Origin: an uncultured Methanoregulaceae archaeon
Lineage (GTDB): Archaea; Halobacteriota; Methanomicrobia; Methanomicrobiales; Methanospirillaceae
DNA: 64,000 bases
Direction: 5' to 3'
Assembly (NCBI GenBank): GCA_963717525.1
Contig: OY970343.1
Coordinates: 1,760,001 to 1,824,000 of the forward strand
Below, piece by piece: positions 12,226 to 20,676 of this stretch; the stretch's first letter is position 1; each line of letters starts with the position of its first letter. A program made the position numbers and the translations under genes. A model generated the notes under the pieces. It searched no databases. It was not told the DNA's origin and saw only the letters and a program-made list of their open reading frames with translations.

Positions 12226-13191
12226 TCAGGTTTGATCCTGCAGGAATATTCGCCGGTTGATGATCCGCCATGAGAGGATCAGCTGGACAATATCGGTCGC
12301 GGTCACGGTCTTCCGGTTCTCGAACATCGCAATGGGGGTCACCCCGGTCTGCTGCTCAATCGAGAGCTCCAGCTTCCGTACCGTGTCGTAATTCATCTCA
12401 CCGTCAAAGGTGAGGGCCCGCAGGAAGGGGCACTCGATCCGCCGGGTCGAGAACTCGATAGAGAAATCACTGTCATGAAAGGCAAGAAGTGACGTAAGAT
12501 CGATAGAGAGCGCGATATCGCGGACTGCCTGGTTCATCGGGTTCTGGAGAAGCGAGATTGAATAAACGTTTTTCTCCGGCCCCAGCTCCGGCCCGTACTT
12601 TCGATACCCGATCCGTATGATCGCATCGGCAAAGCAACGCTGGGGCTCGATATATGCCGTGTAATCCGCTTCGCGCCGGGCGATCTCGTCACTGACCTCG
12701 GCAGACAAATAGCCCCGCTGCCCGGTATCGCGCTGTCGTTTCCACGCGTACTTGACCTCCCGGTCCGGATCGACAAAAACCGAAAAGTCCATCAACGACC
12801 TCAGTGTCGGGGTATAAAGGGTGTGCAGCCCCTCAAGGATAAGGATCTTTTTTGAGGCAAACGGCACCGGAGGATCGAAGGTCCCGGTCACATGGTTGTA
12901 GACCGGTTTTTCTATTGCACGACCCTCTTTGAGACGAGCTACATCCGCTTCAAGTTGTGTGAGGTTGTTCGCCTCGGGATTGAGCGGGGTAACATCGCGG
13001 CGACGACGTTCATCTCGGTCAAACTTATGATAGTCATCGAGCGTAATGGTAGCAACGAGATCCGGGCCAAAGATCTGGCGGATGGCATTGGTAAATGTTG
13101 TCTTCCCTGACCCGCTGTCACCAGCAACACCTATAATAAAGACTCGCGGCGACCGGGCGATGATCTCCTTGAAATTAAGGACAGGGGGCAT
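12226..13191 (-). CDS. prk: Phosphoribulokinase (archaeal PRK)
   Basis: IGVAGDSGSGKTT, LDDYHKFDRDERR, YNHVTG, EGLH, RD.GQRGY, YIEPQ; start taken at ATG 13191. Confidence 0.85.
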   Translation of the reverse strand: MPPVLNFKEIIARSPRVFIIGVAGDSGSGKTTFTNAIRQIFGPDLVATITLDDYHKFDRDERRRRDVTPLNPEANNLTQLEADVARLKEGRAIEKPVYNHVTGTFDPPVPFASKKILILEGLHTLYTPTLRSLMDFSVFVDPDREVKYAWKRQRDTGQRGYLSAEVSDEIARREADYTAYIEPQRCFADAIIRIGYRKYGPELGPEKNVYSISLLQNPMNQAVRDIALSIDLTSLLAFHDSDFSIEFSTRRIECPFLRALTFDGEMNYDTVRKLELSIEQQTGVTPIAMFENRKTVTATDIVQLILSWRIINRRIFLQDQT

Positions 13192-13338
13192 GTGCACCTG
13201 TACGTTCGATGCAATCGGTCTTAAGTTCGCGGATGTGAGGGGAATGTACCGGAAGTGAGATTTCATATTTACTAAGTGTTAGAGATAAATAACATTAAAA
13301 GAAATAAGCGTTAGAAATATATAACAATCAGGGTGTGA

Positions 13339-13578
13339 ATGTTCATGCAGACAAGAATCAGGGAGTACCGGGCCATGTATGAGCTGACTCAGGACGACCT
13401 CGCAAAAAAAGTTGGCGTGCGGCGGGAGACGATTGTCTTTCTCGAACAGGGAAAATACAACCCCTCGCTCAGGCTGGCACACGATATTGCAAAAGCCCTG
13501 CACGCAAAAATCGATGACCTCTTTATCTTCGGAGACGATGAACCGGAGCCGGAGAGGCGGGTTGTGCTCGTGGACTAA
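13339..13578 (+). CDS. XRE-family HTH transcriptional regulator
   Basis: [32 protein letters not shown]; divergent from prk. Confidence 0.88.
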   Translation: MFMQTRIREYRAMYELTQDDLAKKVGVRRETIVFLEQGKYNPSLRLAHDIAKALHAKIDDLFIFGDDEPEPERRVVLVD

Positions 13579-13590
13579 ACCGGTACGAAA

Positions 13591-15903
13591 TCAGGGAGCC
13601 GCAGGTTCCGGCCCGGCCGTGCATGCTCCCTCCATTTCATATTTCTCCGATTCCTGACACAGCTCACAAAGAATTTTTACCGTTGCCTCCTTGTCAAGCG
13701 GCACATTGTCATTGCCACACTTGGGTGAGTAAATGCACGAAGGGCAGCCTTTTTTGCATGGGCAGTCACGGACCAGCTCATGCGCGCTCAAAAAAAGTGC
13801 AGGAAGAAGGGTAAACGCTTTCTCAGCAAGACCGATACCGCCTTCGTACCCGTCATAAACAAAAATTGTGGGATCGCCATTCTCTCCAAACGCTGGAGAT
13901 GAGAGGCCACCGATATCCCAACGGTCGCACATCACATGCAGTGGCATAAGTGCGATCAGTGCGTGTTCCGCGCCATGCAGGCCTCCGGCAAGGTCAAGTC
14001 CGGCCCTGGATACAGATGTAGCAACCTGATCGGGCATGACAAGCCAGAACGCCTTTGTCCGGAACGTCAGTGGAGGAAGGTTCAGTGGTTCGACGCCGAG
14101 GATCGTGTCGCCTTTTTTGATCTTGTAGCCAGTGTACTGCTCGGTCACTTCTACATCGCCAAACGCACATTTTACACCCTTCAATTCACGGGTTTCCTGC
14201 GTTTCAATCACGCGGAGATCGACCTCCTTAAGCGGCTGGGTATAATAATCCACGTCAGTCTCGCTCACGCGGATCGTATGCATCTCAAGATCCATCTCGT
14301 TGACCACGTAGATCTCGCCTTGGTGGAGCATGATCGCCCCCTTGTGTGCATCGCGGTAGGCCTGCGCACGGTCCATTGTTTCAAGCAGCCGGCCGTTACA
14401 GAGTATCCGGAAACTCTCGGCCGCCATGCCATCGAGCCGTACAGCCTCGGCAGCCCGGCCACGGCCGGCGTAAACCCACCCCCGGGGAGTCTTCTTCAAA
14501 AGACCGCTCTCCGCAAGCCCGGCGAGAAGCGGAGCAAAAGATTCGCCAAACAGCCCTGCATCCGTTTCCTCGCGCAACGGCTGCTCTGCTGCAGCGCAGA
14601 GGAGATGCCCCGAGACGATATAAGGGTTCTGCGTATCAATGATCGCGTGCTCATGCGAGCGGGAAAAGAACGCCTTCGGGTGATGCATAAAGTACTGGTC
14701 GAGAGGGTTTGCCTGCGCCACCAGCACCGCAAGTGACTCGGCCCCTTTCCGGCCGGCACGGCCTGCCTGTTGCCGGACCGACATCATGGTCCCGGGGTAC
14801 CCGTCTATAATCACCGCGTCAAGGGATCCGATGTCGATGCCAAGTTCGAGCGCGTTGGTCGAGACGACTCCCCGGATCTCCCCGCTCTTGAGCTGCCGCT
14901 CGATAGTGCGCCGCTCCTCGGGGAGGTAGCCGGCCCGGTACGCTGATATTGATTGGGCAAGATGCGCCGACGTGCGCCGGGCATCCTCCCGTGCCCAGAT
15001 GGTAAAGAGCTCTGCCATTTTTCTTGAGCCGGTGAAGCAGAGGGTCTGGAGATCCCCTTTGACACAGGAAATGAGGAGGTCCTTTGTTTCCTGGTGGGCG
15101 GAGCGTTCGCCGATTCCGTCAAAAAAAGGATTGTAGAGGACAAAGTGCCGGGTCCCATGCGGAGAACCGTCGGTATCGACCAGCGTAAAAGGCCGGCCGA
15201 CAAGTCGCCCGGCAAACTCCTCCGGGTTTGCAAGGGTTGCCGTTGAGAGGACAAACTGCGGATCGGAGCCATATGCACGGGCCACCCGCGACAGCCGCCG
15301 GATCAAAAGCGCGATCTGTGAGCCAAAGATCCCCCGGTACCGGTGCGCTTCATCGATCACGACAAATTTCAGGTGCGAAAAAAACGGGCTCCACTTCGCG
15401 TGCCACGAGAGCACCTGGTGGATCTCGTGCGGGTTGGATATGACGATCCGGGAGTTCTCGCGGATCGCCGCCCGTTTCGATTGGGGCGTATCACCGTCAT
15501 AGATCGCTGGTTTTGCCGGGATTCCAGTAAACTTTTCCATTGCCGCAAGCGTGGAGTACTGGTCGTTTGAAAGGGCTTTTGTGGGATAAAGGTACAGCGC
15601 CCGCGCCTCCGGGTCAGCTGCAAGACAGGAGAAGACGGGGATGTTGAATGCAAGGGTCTTTCCGCTTGCCGTGGGTGTGGTAATAATCACGTTTTTTTTC
15701 GCGCGAAGAGCGTTAATCGCCTCGCACTGGTGGGAATACAGCCGGATGTTGTTCTGTGCAAGGTATGCATCAAGCGCCCCGGGGAGCGGCGCGTCCAGTA
15801 TACCGTAACTGGCCGGCTCAGGATCCTGGATCTGTTGGCTGGTGACCCGGCTGCGGTATACCGGATTGGTCCCAAGGAGCCGGATAACATCATCAACAGC
15901 CAC
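13591..15903 (-). CDS. DEAH-box helicase with C-terminal DUF1998 Zn domain (Hrq1/MrfA/SftH-like)
   Basis: TPTASGKT, DEAH, STAT, QQAGRAGR, LHGAEHAL, YDGYEGGIG, CPCKKGCPSC; GTG start 15903 after GGAGGAG. Confidence 0.9.
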   Translation of the reverse strand: MAVDDVIRLLGTNPVYRSRVTSQQIQDPEPASYGILDAPLPGALDAYLAQNNIRLYSHQCEAINALRAKKNVIITTPTASGKTLAFNIPVFSCLAADPEARALYLYPTKALSNDQYSTLAAMEKFTGIPAKPAIYDGDTPQSKRAAIRENSRIVISNPHEIHQVLSWHAKWSPFFSHLKFVVIDEAHRYRGIFGSQIALLIRRLSRVARAYGSDPQFVLSTATLANPEEFAGRLVGRPFTLVDTDGSPHGTRHFVLYNPFFDGIGERSAHQETKDLLISCVKGDLQTLCFTGSRKMAELFTIWAREDARRTSAHLAQSISAYRAGYLPEERRTIERQLKSGEIRGVVSTNALELGIDIGSLDAVIIDGYPGTMMSVRQQAGRAGRKGAESLAVLVAQANPLDQYFMHHPKAFFSRSHEHAIIDTQNPYIVSGHLLCAAAEQPLREETDAGLFGESFAPLLAGLAESGLLKKTPRGWVYAGRGRAAEAVRLDGMAAESFRILCNGRLLETMDRAQAYRDAHKGAIMLHQGEIYVVNEMDLEMHTIRVSETDVDYYTQPLKEVDLRVIETQETRELKGVKCAFGDVEVTEQYTGYKIKKGDTILGVEPLNLPPLTFRTKAFWLVMPDQVATSVSRAGLDLAGGLHGAEHALIALMPLHVMCDRWDIGGLSSPAFGENGDPTIFVYDGYEGGIGLAEKAFTLLPALFLSAHELVRDCPCKKGCPSCIYSPKCGNDNVPLDKEATVKILCELCQESEKYEMEGACTAGPEPAAP

Positions 15904-16966
15904 AGCTCTCCTCCAGCAAATACAGGAAAAGACGGGCGAGCGAGACCACATCCTGCCGGTTGTGGTCGACGATGGGGACAAGAGGGCCGCAATTGTTCGT
16001 TCGCAGGTAGGTCTCGTAGAACTCGGGCACCATCTGGCCAGGCACATCATCAGAACGGCTTACCCCGAGAATTGAAGACTCAAGCGCCGAGAGCCGGTAT
16101 GAAGCCAACTGACCTTTCCACCGGCGCCGCGAGAAATGCAGCATGTCAAAATGCAGGTTGCGGGGAATAGTCCCGAGGCCATAGTAAGCAAGCCGGTCCT
16201 GGATATAGGGAAGATCGAACGCTTTTCCGTTGAAAGTCACGAGTGCTGCCCCGTCTGACCCGCACCGGACAGCGGTCTCAGTAAGAGCGGCAGCCTCCTC
16301 ACAGATATCGCGCAGGAGATACTGTCGGACGATAAGTGATCCCTGTTCGATGGTGCCGATGCCAAAAAGGATGATCGGCCGGGAGAAGAGCCCAAGGGTT
16401 TCGATATCGAGAAAGACATAATCCTCAGGTGCAAACGAGCCGGCAGTCCCAAGTGCGAACCGGTGGGACTTCGCGTGCCTGCTGCCGATGAGATCCATTA
16501 CATCGGAGGGATCCGCACGGGTAAGCCGTTCAAGGACTTCCCGGGCAGCGAACCGGAATTTCGGGTGCTCTGCAAGATCTGCAATTGTCCGGTACCCCCG
16601 CACCTTCAGGCGCTGTTCCGATACCCCGCCCACCCCGTGTACAAGCGTGAGATCACTGAGCATGTCCTGTTTCAGGCCCCCGGTGTCAAACACAACCGAG
16701 GGCAGATCGTGACGACTCTCAAGCACCATGCAGCTGCCGCCCTCGTTTGAGACCACGTTTCCGGTAAAGAGGGCATCGAACCCGATACCATCGTACCTGG
16801 CCATCAGCTGGCCGAGCAGGGCACGGGCTTTATCGTACTCCGAGGAAAAAATGCAGCTGCCGGCAAGGCCTGCACCGAAAACATTCCCGTCGCGGACGAC
16901 ATCATATTCCTGAATGGCGTCCATCCGCTGCTGCCAGAGCAACGCAATCCTGCTTTCTGCCTGCAT
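15893..16966 (-). CDS. RNase H-like/DEDD exonuclease (MrfB/YprB-like) with HhH-like segment
   Basis: FLDIETLGL, VTFNGKAFDLP, HFDML, HNRQDV; overlaps helicase start. Confidence 0.85.
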   Translation of the reverse strand: MQAESRIALLWQQRMDAIQEYDVVRDGNVFGAGLAGSCIFSSEYDKARALLGQLMARYDGIGFDALFTGNVVSNEGGSCMVLESRHDLPSVVFDTGGLKQDMLSDLTLVHGVGGVSEQRLKVRGYRTIADLAEHPKFRFAAREVLERLTRADPSDVMDLIGSRHAKSHRFALGTAGSFAPEDYVFLDIETLGLFSRPIILFGIGTIEQGSLIVRQYLLRDICEEAAALTETAVRCGSDGAALVTFNGKAFDLPYIQDRLAYYGLGTIPRNLHFDMLHFSRRRWKGQLASYRLSALESSILGVSRSDDVPGQMVPEFYETYLRTNNCGPLVPIVDHNRQDVVSLARLFLYLLEESCGC

Positions 16967-17072
16967 AGCGGTTACCTGTACAGGACAGTCGGGAAACCGG
17001 ACAGTTAAAGGCCGGCCGTGGAGGGTGAAAGTGAAGCGAATCCTCATCATCAAGCCAGACACACTTTTTTTA

Positions 17073-17738
17073 ATGATTACGATCCTCCAGCACGGTGAGT
17101 ACGAACCTGCGGGCACTATCGTGGATTATCTGGATTCCCATCACGAACCGTACCAAATCCTCCGGCTCTACGAAGGCGATCCGCTCCCGGACGATCCGCC
17201 CGGCCGGTTTATAGTCCTTGGAGGCCAGATGAGTGCCAATGATGATCGGGAGTACCCCTTCCTTTCCCCTGAAAAAAAACTGGTACGGAGCGCGATCGGG
17301 CGGGATTGCACGGTGCTCGGGATCTGCCTTGGAGCCCAGCTGATCGCTGCTGCCTGCGGGAAAAGCGTGTATATGGGGATGGCGGAACTGGGATGGCGGA
17401 GCATTGAAGGGTGCAAAGGGTGCGGCGCCCCTTGGGATCAGCTCTTTCCGGCGTCGTTTGGGGTTTTTCACTGGCACCGGGAAACCTTCGATCTTCCGGA
17501 CGAGGCAAAACTCCTTGCCACGGAAAAGCAGGCGCCCAACCAGGCATTCCTGCTCGGCCACGCGCTCGGCGTCCAGTTTCACCCGGAGGTGACTCTCCCC
17601 GTGATCGCCAGCTGGGCACACGAGCTCAGCGCTGATGAGCAGAAACTGATGATCGTAGAATCAGAAAAAAAGATTGGAACAAACCGGCAGCTGTGCAGCG
17701 CGATCATGGATGCTTTCTGTACCGGCTGGAGCGGATAA
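17073..17738 (+). CDS. Class I glutamine amidotransferase-like protein
   Basis: LGICLGAQL, HWH, GVQFHPE. Confidence 0.88.
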   Translation: MITILQHGEYEPAGTIVDYLDSHHEPYQILRLYEGDPLPDDPPGRFIVLGGQMSANDDREYPFLSPEKKLVRSAIGRDCTVLGICLGAQLIAAACGKSVYMGMAELGWRSIEGCKGCGAPWDQLFPASFGVFHWHRETFDLPDEAKLLATEKQAPNQAFLLGHALGVQFHPEVTLPVIASWAHELSADEQKLMIVESEKKIGTNRQLCSAIMDAFCTGWSG

Positions 17739-17750
17739 GGCAGGCCCGGA

Positions 17751-18527
17751 ATGACTCTCGAAAACGTGAAAGGATTTCTCATCGATATTGATGGCGTGCT
17801 CACGATTGGGGAGACCGCAATCCCGGGAGCACGGGAAGCAATAGAGCTGCTCAAATCCCGGGGCTACCCGTTCCGGTGCATTTCCAATTCTACAAGGAAG
17901 TGCCGGGCCTCCCTTGCAGCCCGGCTGGACAGGCTGGGATTCGCTATCCCCAAAAATGCGATATTCACCCCGCCGCTTGCCGCGGTAAAGTACATGGAGG
18001 AAACCGGAAAACATCGGGCATATCTCCTAACGACCGGCAACGTTGATCGGGACTTCGCCGGAGCCTGTACTGACGAGGGCTCGAATTCTGTTGACTATGT
18101 GATCGTCGGTGATGCGGGAGATCGGGTCACGTATGCGAGCATGAACCGGGCATTCCGCTGCCTGATGGAAGGGGCAGACCTTATCGCATTGGAAAAGGAC
18201 CGTTACTGGATGGCGCCTGACGGGCTCTCGCTCTCGGCCGGGCCGTTTGTTACGGCCCTTGAATCTGCCACCGGCAAGACCGCAACGGTGGTGGGGAAAC
18301 CCGCAAAGGCATTTTTTGATCTCGCGATTCGCGACATGGGGCTTGCCGCTGAAGAAGTCGTGATGATCGGTGACGACATCCTTACCGATATCGGTGGTGC
18401 ACAGGCCGCGGGGATGCGGGGTGTCCTTGTAAGGACCGGCAAATTCAGAAAGGATGTATTCGAAAAAAGCAGTGTACAACCTGCAGCAGTTATAAACTCT
18501 GTCGGCGATATTGGATCCCTCATATAA
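17751..18527 (+). CDS. HAD-IIA hydrolase (LHPP/NagD-like)
   Basis: DIDGVL, SN, GKP, MIGDDILTDI, RTGK. Confidence 0.9.
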   Translation: MTLENVKGFLIDIDGVLTIGETAIPGAREAIELLKSRGYPFRCISNSTRKCRASLAARLDRLGFAIPKNAIFTPPLAAVKYMEETGKHRAYLLTTGNVDRDFAGACTDEGSNSVDYVIVGDAGDRVTYASMNRAFRCLMEGADLIALEKDRYWMAPDGLSLSAGPFVTALESATGKTATVVGKPAKAFFDLAIRDMGLAAEEVVMIGDDILTDIGGAQAAGMRGVLVRTGKFRKDVFEKSSVQPAAVINSVGDIGSLI

Positions 18528-18539
18528 CAGAATACAACC

Positions 18540-19646
18540 ATGTCCCGGACCGAACGATCCCTCGTTGTCATCATTATCGTGCTGCTTGCCATCGCCATTG
18601 CTGCCGGGTACCTGTATACCCGGCAGGCGGTTGTCGTCCCCCATATTGTTGTGGGATCGGAAGATTCGTCGCCGATTATGGCTACGCACACGTTCTCTTT
18701 TGAAAAGAACCAGATCACCATCTCAGTGCCGGTCGATGCAGCAGTCTATGACGGGGCAAAATCCACCGATAAATCGGTCTCCGTCTATGGCAATGTGACG
18801 GAGAGTGTATGGGTCACGGACAGTTACCTTGAGATGGTCAATGATCCGGCGCAGGACCAGATGTACACTGACCTCATCGCGCAGTTCCGGAAGATCCGGG
18901 ATGATGAGGGACTTTCAAGCGATGAATATCTCGAACTGATGGCCGCGTACACCCAGTCTCTAACCTACGAGACCACGCCGGACAACCCGACGAAGTACCC
19001 GGTCGAGACTGTCGTTGAAGGGGCCGGGGACTGTGATGACAAAAGCGTGCTGCTGGCCGGTCTCCTCTCACGCGAGGGGTATAAGGTATCACTTCTCTTG
19101 TTTTCCCCCGAGTCACACATGGCCCTTGGCGTCGGGTCTCCGGATTCGCTTTACAAGGACACCGGGTATGCCTACCTTGAGACAACCAACCTTTCCTATG
19201 TGGGAGTCCCTCCCGATGAACTTGAAGGGGGTGTGGTCCTCACGTCCGAGCCGCTGGTCGTTCCATTGGGGAACGGGACCACCCTCTATACAAGTGGGGC
19301 GGAGACGGCATACATCCACACTATGTCCACCCTGGCAGAACAGAAAGTGATGGGCGTGAACGCACAGGTACAGCCGCTCGCTTCCGATCTGACGACAAAA
19401 CAGAACCAGATAGCTCAGCTCGAATCCCAAATGCAGACAATGCGGGGTGCAGGAAATATCGGGGGGTACAATGCGCTGGTCTCATCCCACAACGAGCTCG
19501 TATCAGCCTATAACGCCGAACTTGCGACGTACCGCGATGATGTGGCACAGGGTAACACCTATGCAGAGGTTTATAATTACATTATTTCGCACGCATATGA
19601 CCGGAAAGGTACCTATGCCTGGGTAATGGCGAACATGCCCGGATAA
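18540..19646 (+). CDS. Membrane-anchored transglutaminase-like (Cys protease fold) protein with C-terminal coiled coil
   Basis: N-terminal TM; YPVETVVEGAGDCDDKS, HMALGV, YLETT. Confidence 0.7.
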   Translation: MSRTERSLVVIIIVLLAIAIAAGYLYTRQAVVVPHIVVGSEDSSPIMATHTFSFEKNQITISVPVDAAVYDGAKSTDKSVSVYGNVTESVWVTDSYLEMVNDPAQDQMYTDLIAQFRKIRDDEGLSSDEYLELMAAYTQSLTYETTPDNPTKYPVETVVEGAGDCDDKSVLLAGLLSREGYKVSLLLFSPESHMALGVGSPDSLYKDTGYAYLETTNLSYVGVPPDELEGGVVLTSEPLVVPLGNGTTLYTSGAETAYIHTMSTLAEQKVMGVNAQVQPLASDLTTKQNQIAQLESQMQTMRGAGNIGGYNALVSSHNELVSAYNAELATYRDDVAQGNTYAEVYNYIISHAYDRKGTYAWVMANMPG

Positions 19647-19684
19647 AGGTGCATCAGGTTAGGGGCCTCTTAAAAAACGGGATT

Positions 19685-20572
19685 TCACTTGTCAGGCTCT
19701 TTAGGCACCGGCAGGCGATGATCCGTTGCAGCCTGCAGGCGCTGTATCGCCGTTTCGCAGTACTGCCGGGAGCTGTCGATCCCGATAAAACGGCGCCCGG
19801 ACTTTGCTGCGGCAAGCGTGGTCGTTCCCGCGCCATTGAACGGGTCAAGCACGATATCGTTTTTGTACGAGAAAAGTTTCATGATCCGGCGAGGAAGTTC
19901 CTCGGGAAACATCGCGGGATGATCGAACTCCTTCATCCGGTGCTCGGGGGTGATCTTCCAGCGGCCGATCACCCATTCCTTGAATTCGTCAGCAGTGATG
20001 TCAATATCCTCACGCCGGCCGGTTTTTTTGTGGGTTCCCTTGTCAAAAATCTCGACGAACTCCCAGGTGTATTTGATATAGGGCATCGAGGGCGATTTCC
20101 AGCTCCCCCACGCTGTGTACTTGGCATTATAGTTGTTCTTTTCCCAGAGAAACTCCGCCTTCCAGAGCAGCCCGAGCCCCAAGAGCTGGTTCGAGATGAT
20201 GTGGTGGGTAGGAACATAATCCGAAAAGAGCGGCTGGACATTGACGGCCAGTCTTCCCCCGGGCCGGAGGACCCGGACACATTCCACCCAGACTGAATTC
20301 AGGGTAGCGAAGTATTCGTTCCACTCATGCGTATCGTCATGGGGGTCCTGTGCGTAGGCGTGGCCGAAGTTATAAGGCGGAGAGGTGATGACAAGATCGA
20401 TACTCTCCGAAGGTATTCCCGAAAGAACAGAAAGCGCATCGCCGCAGAGGATCCGGTTCACAAAGGGTTCTATCGCTAGGTTTTCACGGGAGTGTAGGGA
20501 CTCTTTTTGGTCCTTTGAGCCCTTGCGGACTTTGGCCTTACCCGCTTTATCCTTCACTTTTTCCTGCCGCAC
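19685..20572 (-). CDS. Orphan beta-class N4-C/N6-A DNA methyltransferase
   Basis: ITSPPY (motif IV) precedes HPAMFP and LDPFNGAGTT (motif I). Confidence 0.9.
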   Translation of the reverse strand: MRQEKVKDKAGKAKVRKGSKDQKESLHSRENLAIEPFVNRILCGDALSVLSGIPSESIDLVITSPPYNFGHAYAQDPHDDTHEWNEYFATLNSVWVECVRVLRPGGRLAVNVQPLFSDYVPTHHIISNQLLGLGLLWKAEFLWEKNNYNAKYTAWGSWKSPSMPYIKYTWEFVEIFDKGTHKKTGRREDIDITADEFKEWVIGRWKITPEHRMKEFDHPAMFPEELPRRIMKLFSYKNDIVLDPFNGAGTTTLAAAKSGRRFIGIDSSRQYCETAIQRLQAATDHRLPVPKEPDK

Positions 20573-20676
20573 GGATCACGCTGCCTTTAGGGTACTGATA
20601 GAGCGGAGAAGATAAAGAACGCATCTTCTCACCAGAACCGGAAGCCCAGCCCGGTAATTCTGGTCACAGAAACCAC

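Noticed and set aside
13591..20572. DUF1998 helicase plus MTase as a DISARM/Druantia-like defence system
   Set aside because: Single-chain Hrq1/MrfA architecture with an exonuclease partner; no PLD or SNF2 gene; the MTase is separated by unrelated genes.
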